Positions 28,810-38,418 of a stretch of 64,000 nt of DNA are shown piece by piece (position 1 is the stretch's first letter; every line of letters begins with the position of its first letter). A program made the translations under genes and the position numbers. Source of the DNA: an uncultured Gemmatimonadales bacterium (lineage in GTDB: Bacteria > Gemmatimonadota > Gemmatimonadetes > Gemmatimonadales > GWC2-71-9); contig CAVSQW010000015.1 of the NCBI GenBank assembly GCA_963730185.1, positions 416,001 through 480,000 on the forward strand. The letters are read 5' to 3'. The notes beneath the pieces are model-generated. The model was not told the origin of the DNA, ran no database searches, and was given only the letters and a program-made list of their open reading frames with translations.

Positions 28810-29762
28810 GTGTCGAAGACCCATTTTGACGTGATCGTCGTTGGAGCCGGGCCAGCCGGGCTCTGCGCCGCCATGTATGCCGGCCGCGGGATGCTGGAGA
28901 CGGTGGTGCTGGAGCGGGGCATCCCCGGCGGCGAGCTGCTCAATACCGAGAAGATCGAGGACTATCCCGGGTTCGTCAGCATTCTCGGCCCCGATCTCGC
29001 GACCAAGATGACCGAGCACGCCCAGGCCTTCGGCGCGGACATCCGGCCAGGAGAACGTCGAGGGGATCCATCGCCTCGAGGACGGCACCTTCAAGGTCGA
29101 CCACCAGCTCCGAGGCCGAGGTCTTCGCGCCGGCCGTGATCCTGACGGCCGGCGGCACGCCGACCAAGCTCGGGGTGCCGGGCGAAGTGGAGTATGCGGG
29201 TCAGGGGGTGTCCTACTGCGCGGTGTGCGACGGCGCCTTTTTCAAGGGCGAGACCATCGCGGTGGTCGGGGGCGGCGACGCCGCGGTCGAGGAGGCCGAC
29301 TACCTGACCCGGTACGCGGCCAAGGTGTACATCATCCACCGCCGCGACCAGTTCCGGGCCTCGAAGATGGTCCAGGAGCGGGCCCTCGCCAATCCCAAGA
29401 TCGAAGTGCTCTGGAACAAGAAGGTGCTCGAGATGGTGGGGGGCCGGCCGGGCTCCAACACCTCTCGCTCGAGGACACCGTCACCGGCGAAGCGCTCGAC
29501 CCTCGAGGTGACCGGGTGCTTCGTGTTCATCGGCTTCACGCCCAACGCCGGACTGATCAAGGAGCACTACCAGCACGACCCGAGCGGGTACGTCCTCACC
29601 AACGAGCGGATGATGACTTCGGTGCCCGGCCTGTTCGCGGCCGGGGATCTCCGGGTCCAGCTCACCCGGCAGGTTACCACGGCGGTCGGCGACGCCACCA
29701 CCGCCGCTATCGCGGTCGAGAAGTACCTGACCGACCGGAAGTCGGCGGTGAGCGCCGGGTGA
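28810..29762 (+). CDS. trxB: Thioredoxin reductase (frameshifted)
   Basis: GAGPAG, IEDYPGF, GVSYCAVCDG, GGGDAAVEEA, IHRRD, TSVPGLFAAGD. Confidence 0.93.
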
Positions 29763-30418
29763 CGAGCGCGACCTCCCGGGCCGAGGACGCCGCGCGCGTC
29801 ATTCCGATCCCGAACGGCCGGTTCGTCGAGAACTGCTATCTGGTGGCGCCCGCCGGCGCCTCCGACGCGGTGATCGTCGATCCGGGCGAGGAGCCGGAAC
29901 GGTTCCTCCGGGTCGCCGAGCGCGAAGGGCTGACCATCCGGGAAATCTGGCTCACCCACGCCCACATCGACCACGTCCTGGGCGTCGCGGCCATCAAGGC
30001 CGCCACCGGCGCCCCGATTCTGCTCCACCCGGACGACCTCCCCCTCTACCAGGGCGTGGCGCAGCAGGGGGAGCTGTTCGGGATCAGGGTCCCGCCCCTT
30101 CCGCCGCCGGATCGGTGGATCGTGCCCGGCGAGCCGCTCCGGCTCGGCGAGCTGGAGATCGGAGTCCGCTTCACCCCGGGGCATTCGCCGGGGAGCGTCT
30201 GCTTCGTGGGGCCGGGACTGGTCCTTGGGGGCGACGTCCTGTTCCAGCGCTCGATCGGGCGGACCGACTTGCCCGGCGGCGACCTCCGCCGGCTGCTCCG
30301 GAGCATCCAGGAGGAGCTCTTCTCGCTGCCCGACGAGACCGTGGTGTTTCCCGGCCACGGGCCGGAGACCACGATCGGGGCGGAGCGCCGGGACAACCCC
30401 TTCTTGGTCCCTCGCTGA
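29759..30418 (+). CDS. MBL-fold metallo-hydrolase (glyoxalase II/GloC-like)
   Basis: ENCY, DPG, THAHIDH, TPGHSPG, GDVLF..SIGRTDLPGG, PGHG. Confidence 0.93.
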   Translation: MTSATSRAEDAARVIPIPNGRFVENCYLVAPAGASDAVIVDPGEEPERFLRVAEREGLTIREIWLTHAHIDHVLGVAAIKAATGAPILLHPDDLPLYQGVAQQGELFGIRVPPLPPPDRWIVPGEPLRLGELEIGVRFTPGHSPGSVCFVGPGLVLGGDVLFQRSIGRTDLPGGDLRRLLRSIQEELFSLPDETVVFPGHGPETTIGAERRDNPFLVPR

Positions 30419-30422
30419 CCGC

Positions 30423-30746
30423 CTAACGAGGCGGCGGCGCCATCCCCACCAGCATCACGGTCCGCTCCACCGCCTCCGCCACCCCGTGCGGCACCTCCGC
30501 CGGGGCCCAGACCAGATCGCCGGCCTCGGCGGTCATCGCCTCGTCGCCCACGAGCATTCTCGCCTTTCCCGACAGGATCAGATAGAATTTGTCCGCACCG
30601 TGGTGCGCGTGGATCCGCTGCGTCTGACCCGGCTCGAAGCAGTTGAGGCCGAGGAAGAGCTGGGTCCCCGACACCAGGTCGGCCTTGGTCCCCTTCTCGG
30701 GCGAGAAGCGGGCTCGGTCGGCCGGGCGCACGAGATAGCTGGACAT
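30423..30746 (-). CDS. Cupin-domain protein
   Basis: PGQTQRIHAH..DKFYLILSG..AGDLVWAPAEVPHGV. Confidence 0.85.
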   Translation of the reverse strand: MSSYLVRPADRARFSPEKGTKADLVSGTQLFLGLNCFEPGQTQRIHAHHGADKFYLILSGKARMLVGDEAMTAEAGDLVWAPAEVPHGVAEAVERTVMLVGMAPPPR

Positions 30747-30873
30747 CCGGATCTCCCTGGTCGAAGCTCGGGCCCGGGCCCCGGGTGGATCGCGACGCTG
30801 GCTCGCCGTCGGACGGCTCCGGCCCGGCAGTCGGCAACATAACGCCGGAGCCCCGCCGCCGCCCTCATCCGCC

Positions 30874-32277
30874 ATGGCTTCCCATCGCATCGAAAAAGAC
30901 CCTCTCGGCGAGAAGCAGGTTCCGACCGAGGCCCTCTACGGGATTCAGACGCTCCGCGCCGCGGAGAACTTCCCGATCTCCGGGCTCCGGCCGCTCGCCG
31001 CGTTCGTCGACGCCGTCGTCTGGATCAAGCGCTCGGCGGCCGTGACCCACAAGGAAACCGGTCGGCTCGAGGCCCGGCTGGCCGACGTCATCGTCCAGGC
31101 GGCCGACGAAGTCCTGTCGGGGCAGCACCGGGACCAGTTCATCGTCGATCCCTATCAAGCCGGGGCGGGCACCTCGCACAACATGAACATCAACGAGGTC
31201 CTGGCCAATCGCGCCAACGAGCTTCTCGGGGGTGAGCGGGGAACCTACCGGCCGGTCCACCCCAACGATCACGTCAACATGGCGCAGAGCACCAACGACG
31301 TGATTCCCACCGCGATGCGGCTGGCCGCGCTGGCCACCCTGCCAGCCCTGCTCGACGCGATGGCGGGCCTGTCGGATTCGTTCCTGGCCAAGGGCCAGGC
31401 CTTCGACGGGATCGTGAAGTCGGGCCGGACCCACCTCCAGGACGCCACCCCGATCCGGCTGGGGCAGGAGTTCCGGGCCTACGGCCACACCGTGGCTCGC
31501 CATCGCGACAAGCTGATCGAGGCGGCGAGGTGGCTCCGGCCGATGAACATCGGGGGGACCGCCGTGGGGACCGGCCTCAACGCCGAGCCGGCCTATCCGG
31601 GGCTCATGGTCAAGCACCTCCGCTCGCTCACCGGGCTGGACCTCCAGGAGTCGGACGACCGGATCCAGCTGATGCAGTCGATGGGAGACATTGCCAGCTT
31701 CAGTGGCGCGATTCGGGCGTTCACGCTCGATCTCAACAAGATCGCGAACGACATCCGGCTGCTCGCCTCGGGCCCCCGGACCGGTCTGGCGGAGATCGTG
31801 CTTCCGGCGGTGCAGCCGGGGTCGAGCATCATGCCCGGCAAGATCAACCCGTCGATCGCCGAAATGGTGAACCAGGTCTGCTATCAGGTGCTGGGCCTCG
31901 ATACCACGGTCGCGATGGCGGCGGAGGCCGGGCAGCTGGAGCTCAACGTGATGATGCCGGTCATCACCCACAACGTCGTCTTCGCAATCCAGATTCTTGG
32001 CAACGCCTGCCGGGTCTTCGACGAGCGCTGTATCCGGGGCACCGAGGCCGACGCGGCCCAATGCACTCACTGGCTGGAGCGGAGTCCGGCGCTGGTCACG
32101 GCGCTCGCTCCCAAGATCGGCTACGCCGAGGCCGCCAAGCTGGCCAAGGAGGCGATCGCCACCGGGCTCACGGTGAAGGAGCTGGTCACCAAGAAGAAGG
32201 TCCTCGAGGGCCAGGAGCTCGAGGCGGTGCTCGATCTCCGCGCCATGACCGAGCTCGGCGTTCCCGGGGAGAAGTGA
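30874..32277 (+). CDS. aspA: Aspartate ammonia-lyase / class II fumarase family
   Basis: QAGAGTSHNMN, HPNDHVNMAQSTND, KSGRTHLQDA, GSSIMPGKINP; aspA versus fumC is not certain. Confidence 0.85.
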   Translation: MASHRIEKDPLGEKQVPTEALYGIQTLRAAENFPISGLRPLAAFVDAVVWIKRSAAVTHKETGRLEARLADVIVQAADEVLSGQHRDQFIVDPYQAGAGTSHNMNINEVLANRANELLGGERGTYRPVHPNDHVNMAQSTNDVIPTAMRLAALATLPALLDAMAGLSDSFLAKGQAFDGIVKSGRTHLQDATPIRLGQEFRAYGHTVARHRDKLIEAARWLRPMNIGGTAVGTGLNAEPAYPGLMVKHLRSLTGLDLQESDDRIQLMQSMGDIASFSGAIRAFTLDLNKIANDIRLLASGPRTGLAEIVLPAVQPGSSIMPGKINPSIAEMVNQVCYQVLGLDTTVAMAAEAGQLELNVMMPVITHNVVFAIQILGNACRVFDERCIRGTEADAAQCTHWLERSPALVTALAPKIGYAEAAKLAKEAIATGLTVKELVTKKKVLEGQELEAVLDLRAMTELGVPGEK

Positions 32278-32330
32278 AGCTCTCGCGACCAGACCGGCGG
32301 GGCTTCCGCTCCGCGGAAAGGATTCGATCC

Positions 32331-33998
32331 ATGAAGCGAATCGTCGTCACCCTCGCCCTCGGCGCGGCCCTGGTGGCCGGATCCGGAGGCGCCCTCACGG
32401 CCCAGACCGTGGAACTCCACATCGGGCCCGGTCTCCTCGACGGTCCGGCCACCGGCCGGATGTTCGTCATCTTCTCGCGCGACGGCAGCCGCGAGCCCCG
32501 CTTCGAAGCCGGGAGCTACAACGGCGGCGTGCCCTTCTTCGGCGTCGACGTCAGCGACCTCGCCGCCGGCCAGCCGGCGACGATCGACGCGTCGACCCTG
32601 GGCTTTCCGGTCAAGAGCCTCAAGGACATTCCCGAGGGCGACTACTACGTGCAGGGCGTCTTCAACGTCTACACCAAGGTCACCCCCAAGCACGGGAAGA
32701 CCATCTGGGTCCACTGGGACCAGTGGGAGGGCCAGCGCTGGAATCGCTCGCCCGGGAACCTGGTGAGCGAGGTCGAGAAGGTGCACTACGATCCCAACGG
32801 CTCGAACCTCCAGGTCATCCTCACCAAGAAGCTGCCGCCGGTCGAGGTCCCGCCTGACACCAAGTGGGTCAAGCGGATCAAGATCCAAAGCAAGATGCTG
32901 AGCGACTGGTGGGGCCGGCCGGTCTACGTCGGCGCCACCGTGCTACTACCCAAGGGCTTCGACGAGAACCCGTCCAAGAAATACCCCGCCATCTACATCC
33001 AGGGGCACTTCGGGGAGGGCGCCCCCTTCGGGTTCGACCCGGACGGCCGGGTCGAGACCGCCGCCCAGCGGGACTCCCGGCTGGAGCGGACCAGCCGCGA
33101 GACCGGCCGGGAGTTCGCCCAGTCGTGGATGAGCGACGACTTTCCCCGGATGGTGGCGATCTCCTTCCAGCATCCCACGCCCTACTACGACGACTCGTAC
33201 GCGGTCAACTCGGCCAACGACGGCCCCTACGGTGACGCCATCATTCAGGAGCTGATCCCGTACCTGGAGGCCAAGTTCCGGCTGACCCCCAGCCCCACGG
33301 CGCGCTACCTGACCGGCGGCTCGACCGGTGGCTGGGAGGCCCTGGCGCTTCAGATCCATCACCCCGACTTCTTCGGTGGCACCTGGGCGATGTATCCCGA
33401 CGCGGTGGATTTCCACCGCAACCAGATGATCAACAACTACGCCGACTCCAACGCCTTCTTCCCGAACGTGGAGCCGAACCAGTGGCTGATCCCGGAGCGG
33501 TACATGGCTCGGGAGCAGGACGGTCAGCCTCGAACGACCGTTCGGCAGTTGGCCCGGCTGGAGGAAGTGCTTGGCTCGCGGGTCAGGGGCGGCCAACAGC
33601 TCCAGGCCTACGACGCGGTGTACGGCCCGGTGGGCGAGGACGGCTACCCCAAGCCGCTGTTCGATCGCAACACGGGGACGATCGACAAGTCGGTCGCCGC
33701 CTACTGGCGTGACCACGGCTACGACCTGACCTACTACGTCAAGCAGAACTGGAGCAAGATCGGGAAGGACCTGGCCGGGAAGATCCACGTCTACGTCGGC
33801 GACATGGACAACTACTACCTCAATCTGGGTGTCTACGACCTCCAGGAGGCCCTGGCGACGGTCACCGAGCCGAAGGCCGACGCCGTCTTCGAGTTCGGCC
33901 GGCCGATGAAGCCCCACGGGTGGCAGCCGTTCACCAACGCCGAGATGGTCCGGATGATGGCCACCATGTCGAAGCATCGGCCCGCCGCGGATCAGTGA
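32331..33998 (+). CDS. Secreted putative esterase (alpha/beta hydrolase) with N-terminal beta domain
   Basis: Signal peptide MKRIVVTLALGAAL; ATVLLPKG; GGSTGG nucleophile elbow; VGDMD; KPHGW. Confidence 0.8.
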   Translation: MKRIVVTLALGAALVAGSGGALTAQTVELHIGPGLLDGPATGRMFVIFSRDGSREPRFEAGSYNGGVPFFGVDVSDLAAGQPATIDASTLGFPVKSLKDIPEGDYYVQGVFNVYTKVTPKHGKTIWVHWDQWEGQRWNRSPGNLVSEVEKVHYDPNGSNLQVILTKKLPPVEVPPDTKWVKRIKIQSKMLSDWWGRPVYVGATVLLPKGFDENPSKKYPAIYIQGHFGEGAPFGFDPDGRVETAAQRDSRLERTSRETGREFAQSWMSDDFPRMVAISFQHPTPYYDDSYAVNSANDGPYGDAIIQELIPYLEAKFRLTPSPTARYLTGGSTGGWEALALQIHHPDFFGGTWAMYPDAVDFHRNQMINNYADSNAFFPNVEPNQWLIPERYMAREQDGQPRTTVRQLARLEEVLGSRVRGGQQLQAYDAVYGPVGEDGYPKPLFDRNTGTIDKSVAAYWRDHGYDLTYYVKQNWSKIGKDLAGKIHVYVGDMDNYYLNLGVYDLQEALATVTEPKADAVFEFGRPMKPHGWQPFTNAEMVRMMATMSKHRPAADQ

Positions 33999-35227
33999 CC
34001 CAGGCGTCGTCCGACGCGATGGCACCGGGGGGCGGGTCGGCGACCCGCCCCTTCGTCATGCTGGGGCTGATCGCCCTGGTCGAGCTGTTGGGGATGGCCG
34101 GCTGGTTCGCCGGGGGCGCCGCCGCCCACGAGCTCGCGCTTCGCTGGCAGCTCGATCGGGTCGACGTGGCCTGGCTCACCTCCACCGTGCAGCTCGGGTT
34201 CGTGACCGGAACCCTGATGGCGGCGGTGCTCAATCTTCCCGACCTGATCCCCAACCGTTGGTACCTGGCTGGGTCGGCCGCGGGGGCGGGGCTGGTCAAC
34301 GCCAGCCTGCTGCTCGTGGACGGGTTCGGTCCGGCGCTCGTGACCCGGTTCTTCCTGGGGTTCTTTCTGGCGGGGGTCTACCCACCCGCCATGAAGATGG
34401 CCGCCACCTGGTTCCGGAGCCGGCGGGGCTTCGCGATCGGCACCGTGGTCGGCGCGCTCACCGTCGGCAAGGCCTCGCCCTACCTGGTCGAGGCGCTGGG
34501 CGGCCTGGGGCTCGAGGCCGTGATCGGAAGCACCGCCGCCGCCGCCCTGGTGGCGGCCGGGCTGGTCGCCGGCCTCTACCGAGACGGCCCCCACGCCTTC
34601 CCCCGCCGGCCGTTCTCCTGGCGGCTGGTGGGCGACGTGGCCCGGGTGCCCGAGCTCCGGCTGGCCACCGCCGGGTATCTCGGCCACATGTGGGAGCTCT
34701 ACGCCTTCTGGGGCTTCGTGGCCGCCTACTGGACGGCTTCGCTGGCGGCCGGCGGCCGCCCGCCGGCGCCAACGCTGGTGGGCGCCCTCACCTTCGCCAG
34801 CATCGCCATCGGGGTGGTCGGCTGCGTGTGGGGCGGCGTTGCCGCCGACCGGGTTGGGCGCGAGAAGGTAGTGCTCTGGTCGCTCGCGGTGAGCGGGACC
34901 GCGGCCGTGGTGTCGCCCCTGGTGTTCGGTCGGGCCCTCCCGATAACCCTGGCGGTGATCCTGGTCTGGGGCGTGGCCGTCATCGCCGATTCGGCCCAGT
35001 ACAGCGCGCTGGTCACCGAGCTGGCTCCACCCCACGCGGTCGGCACGGCCCTCACGCTCCAGACCTCGATCGGGTTCCTCCTGACGATGGCCGCCATCCA
35101 GTCCGTCGCCCTGCTCGGCGGCCCCGCCACGCCATGGGCCTTCCCGATGCTGGCTCTGGGCCCGGTGGCGGGCGCGGCCGCGATCTGGCGTTTGGCCGTG
35201 AGGAGGAGACGAGGGGAGACGGGGTGA
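33995..35227 (+). CDS. MFS transporter
   Basis: About 12 TM helices; AGVYPPAMK, GHMWELYAFW, ADRVGR, ADSAQYSA. Confidence 0.9.
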   Translation: MTQASSDAMAPGGGSATRPFVMLGLIALVELLGMAGWFAGGAAAHELALRWQLDRVDVAWLTSTVQLGFVTGTLMAAVLNLPDLIPNRWYLAGSAAGAGLVNASLLLVDGFGPALVTRFFLGFFLAGVYPPAMKMAATWFRSRRGFAIGTVVGALTVGKASPYLVEALGGLGLEAVIGSTAAAALVAAGLVAGLYRDGPHAFPRRPFSWRLVGDVARVPELRLATAGYLGHMWELYAFWGFVAAYWTASLAAGGRPPAPTLVGALTFASIAIGVVGCVWGGVAADRVGREKVVLWSLAVSGTAAVVSPLVFGRALPITLAVILVWGVAVIADSAQYSALVTELAPPHAVGTALTLQTSIGFLLTMAAIQSVALLGGPATPWAFPMLALGPVAGAAAIWRLAVRRRRGETG

Positions 35228-35394
35228 GACGGGGAGGGACGGGGAGCGACGCGGGGAGGCTCGCGATTCGCGGGACGACGAGCCGCGAGGACCCTCGTAA
35301 TCCTGTCGCCCCCCATCTCCCCCCATCTCCCCCCCATCTCCCCCAATCTCCCCCCCATCTCCCCCCATCCCCTCCGTCTCCCCCCGTCCCCCCG
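35201..35394. repeat. Paired 10-bp-period arrays: G-rich (GGGGNNAGAC-like, about 6 units) then C-rich (CCCCATCTCC-like, about 8 units)
   Basis: Visible at 35201-35259 and 35305-35394; the two arrays are approximate reverse complements. Confidence 0.85.
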
Positions 35395-35417
35395 AACATT
35401 CGCTATATTCCCCCGAC

Positions 35418-35876
35418 ATGCGGATCACTACATGGACCGAGTACAGTCTCATCATCACCCTCCATCTGGCCCGGAGGGGGAACGAGACCAGTCCCGTCGC
35501 CGCCCGTGAGCTGGCCGAGTCCGAGCGGCTGCCGGGCGACTACGTCGAGCAGATCCTGCTCCGGCTCCGCCGGGCGGGGATCGTCGAGAGTGTGCGAGGC
35601 GCCCGGGGCGGCTACTTCCTGTCCCGCGATCCCGGCTCCATCTCGGTCCGCGACGTCATGACCGCCTCAGAGCACCAAACCTTCGAGATGAACTGCGACA
35701 CCCATCCGGTCGACGCCGAGCGGTGCTCGCCGGGGAGCGGCTGCGCCATCCGACCGGTCTGGCAGACGTTGCAGCAGCGGATCGACGACTTCCTGGGGAG
35801 CGTCTCGCTGGCCGACCTCCTACGCGACGCCCCGTCCACGCCGGACCTGGTCCCGCTCGAGTCGCCATCGGCCTGA
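35418..35876 (+). CDS. Rrf2-family regulator (IscR-like, three Cys)
   Basis: YVEQILLRLRRAGIVESVRGARGGYFL; NC..RC..GC motif. Confidence 0.92.
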   Translation: MRITTWTEYSLIITLHLARRGNETSPVAARELAESERLPGDYVEQILLRLRRAGIVESVRGARGGYFLSRDPGSISVRDVMTASEHQTFEMNCDTHPVDAERCSPGSGCAIRPVWQTLQQRIDDFLGSVSLADLLRDAPSTPDLVPLESPSA

Positions 35877-35913
35877 CCGCTCCGATCGTCCCGCCGGCCT
35901 GTTTTCTCCTGGC

Positions 35914-37043
35914 ATGCCCGAGCTCGACCACGAATCGCTGATCCGGTATTCGCGCCACCTGACCCTGCCCGAGGTCGGGGTCGAGGGCCAGGCGCGCCTT
36001 CGGGGGGCCCGGGTGCTATTGGTCGGGGCCGGCGGACTCGGGTCGCCCGCGGCCCTCTACCTGGCCGCGGCCGGAGTCGGCACGCTGGGGCTGGTCGAGT
36101 TCGACCGGGTCGACGCCACCAACCTCCAGCGCCAGGTCCTCCACGGCACCAGCTGGATCGGGCGGCCCAAGCTCGAGTCGGCGGTGGCCCGGCTTCATGA
36201 CCTCAATCCCGACGTGACCGTCGAACCCATCCCCGAGAGGCTGACCTCGGCCAACGCCCGGAAGATCGTGGCGGACTATCAGCTGACGCTCGACGGGAGC
36301 GACAACTTCCCGACCCGCTACCTCGTGAACGACGCCTCGGTCCTCCTGGGCAAGCCTTACGTCTACGGCAGCATCCTCCGCTTCGACGGCCAGCTCTCCG
36401 TGTTCGGCGCGCCGGGGGGCCCTGCTACCGCTGTCTCTTCGCGGAGCCGCCGCCGCCCGATCTGGTGCCGAGCTGCGCCGAGGCGGGCGTGCTGGGGGTG
36501 TTGCCTGGCGTCGTCGGCACCCTGATGGCAACCGAGGCGATCAAGCTGATCCTCGGCGTCGGGGAGCCGCTGGTCGGGCGCCTGGTCCTCTACGACGCTC
36601 TCAAGGCGCGCTTCCGGGAGCTGGCCGTCCGGCGCGACCCCGCCTGCGCCGTGTGCGGCGACCGGCCCACGGTCCGCGAGCTCCAGGACTACGAGGCCTT
36701 CTGCGGGGTGCTCTCGGGGAACGACGGCGCGGTGGAGATGTCGGTGGACGACCTGGCCCGCCGGCGCGAGGCCGGGAGCGCGCCCCAGATCGTGGACGTG
36801 CGCGAAGGGTGGGAATGGGGGATCGCCCGGATCGAGGGATCCCGGCACATTCCCCTCGGCGAGCTGGCGGGCGGCCTCGGATCCCTCGACCCCCGCCGCG
36901 AGGTGGTGACAGTCTGCCACCACGGCGTCCGCTCGCTGGCGGCCCAGCAGCTCCTGAGCGGCGCCGGGTTCAGGGCCTGGAGTCTCGCGGGCGGGATCGA
37001 TGCGTGGGCTCGCGCCGTCGAGCCCACCATGGCGCGGTACTGA
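35914..37043 (+). CDS. moeB: MoeB/ThiF adenylyltransferase-rhodanese fusion (MoeZ-like; indel near 36420)
   Basis: RYSRH, GAGGLG, NLQRQ, DGSDNF, CYRC, PSCAEAGVLG, CAVC, rhodanese DVRE..CHHGVRS. Confidence 0.9.
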
Positions 37044-37052
37044 GCGCCGCCG

Positions 37053-38081
37053 TCAGGGCTCGCCCGGCTTCCGCTTCAGAAATCGGTAGTTCTCCAGTGT
37101 CCGGATATCCAGGACCACGCGCCGGTCCGGGTTGCGATTGGTGGTCCGGCAGGCGGCCCGTCCCTCGACCACCAGGGTGGGGGCGATCGGCGTGAAGTCG
37201 ACCACGCAGACCGAGCTGATGACCGGCGCCTTCTCTCGAAGGTGGATCAGGCTGATCTCGGCCCGCCGGAGCACCGACGTGGCGGCGTCGAGGCTCAGCG
37301 TGCCCTCCCAGTCCGGCGACGTGGTGCCGGGATCGGGAACGAATCGGACTTGATCCACCGGGGTCTCGCCGATCGAGTCGGTGCCCGCGTACCAGAAGCA
37401 GTGGTGCTTCTGGAACTCGGAGCGGGCCACGTCGGAGACGCTCATCAGCTGGACCAGGCCGAGCGCGTTTACCACCTCACCCGCCCGATACACGTCGAGA
37501 TGGCGGCTCGGCGCGGTATACCGCCTGACGAACGGGCGGTGCCGGTTGCCGCCCACGTCCTCCGTCTGGGTCAGGTGCTGGGTCTCGACCTCGAAGGGGT
37601 ACTCGTGTTCGAGCGTGGCGATCCGGTCCACGTTGGCCCGGACCCGCTCCATCACGCCGCCCTCGGCGGCCGCCGCGGCCAATCCCGGTGTACACCGGGC
37701 GGGGTCGCCGTGGACCACGATCTCGGGGAGCTCGAGGCGGCGCCGGGCGATCACCAGGGTCACCGTGCCCGGGGCGTCGGCGTCGTCCACGACAGCGAGG
37801 TCGGCCTCCACGGCGGCATAGCCGATCTGCTGCACCCTGATCCGATAGGTGCGCCGGTCCAGGCCGGCGAGCGTAAACCGGCCCGATTCGGCGGCGAAGA
37901 GGCGCCGCGATGGGGAAGGGAGGATGATCAGCGCGTAGGGGACGGGCGCCTGGGTCAGGCTGTCGATCACGCGCCCGTGAACGGCGCCGTCCTGGCGGCG
38001 GACCCGAAGCTGCGCCAGCGCCGGATGGGCTCCGATCAGCGCCAGCGCGCCAACCGCCAAGACTCGCCACGACCACACCAT
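37053..38081 (-). CDS. Secreted protein with a carboxypeptidase-regulatory-like (CarboxypepD_reg) N-terminal domain
   Basis: Signal peptide; VHGRVIDSLTQAPVPYA..GRFTL..QIGY..LPEIVV. Confidence 0.75.
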   Translation of the reverse strand: MVWSWRVLAVGALALIGAHPALAQLRVRRQDGAVHGRVIDSLTQAPVPYALIILPSPSRRLFAAESGRFTLAGLDRRTYRIRVQQIGYAAVEADLAVVDDADAPGTVTLVIARRRLELPEIVVHGDPARCTPGLAAAAAEGGVMERVRANVDRIATLEHEYPFEVETQHLTQTEDVGGNRHRPFVRRYTAPSRHLDVYRAGEVVNALGLVQLMSVSDVARSEFQKHHCFWYAGTDSIGETPVDQVRFVPDPGTTSPDWEGTLSLDAATSVLRRAEISLIHLREKAPVISSVCVVDFTPIAPTLVVEGRAACRTTNRNPDRRVVLDIRTLENYRFLKRKPGEP

Positions 38082-38085
38082 CGAG

Positions 38086-38169
38086 TGCCGAAGGGGGGAT
38101 TCGAACCCCCACGGGCTTGCGCCCACTGCGCCCTGAACGCAGCGCGTCTACCAGTTCCACCACTCCGGC
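38086..38169 (-). tRNA. tRNA-Leu(CAG); CCA not encoded
   Basis: GCCGGAGTGGTGGAACTGGTAGACGCG-CTGCG TT CAG GG CGCAG-long variable arm-GGGGGTTCGAATCCCCC-CTTCGGCA. Confidence 0.96.
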
Positions 38170-38179
38170 AGGACGGGAA

Positions 38180-38208
38180 ATTGTAGAAGCCCGTCGGCCG
38201 GATGGCAA
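38180..38208 (-). promoter_or_regulatory. sigma70 promoter of tRNA-Leu
   Basis: Minus strand TTGCCA-N17-TACAAT, ending 10 nt before the tRNA. Confidence 0.75.
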
Positions 38209-38371
38209 TGCGGCGGTCGCGCCACCCGGGCCGTCGAGCGGCCCGGCGGCCATGGGGTCGAGCCCCCGGCGGCCGTCCTCGACCGATCGCTCGGGCGCCG
38301 GTCCGCGGTCCGGAAGTCGGGCCTCGTGTTCTGCGAGCCCGGCTCCTGGAGCTGGCCCTGGAGCCGAGCCG

Positions 38372-38400
38372 TTGCCTAACGGAGCCCCGTTGCCTATCTT
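38372..38400 (+). promoter_or_regulatory. Putative sigma70 promoter of the smpB unit
   Basis: TTGCCT-N17-TATCTT. Confidence 0.6.
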
Positions 38401-38418
38401 GCTGCCAGAGCGTGAGTT

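Noticed and set aside
35201..35394. Possible CRISPR array
   Set aside because: Units are 10-bp low-complexity tandem repeats with no unique spacers, and there are no cas genes
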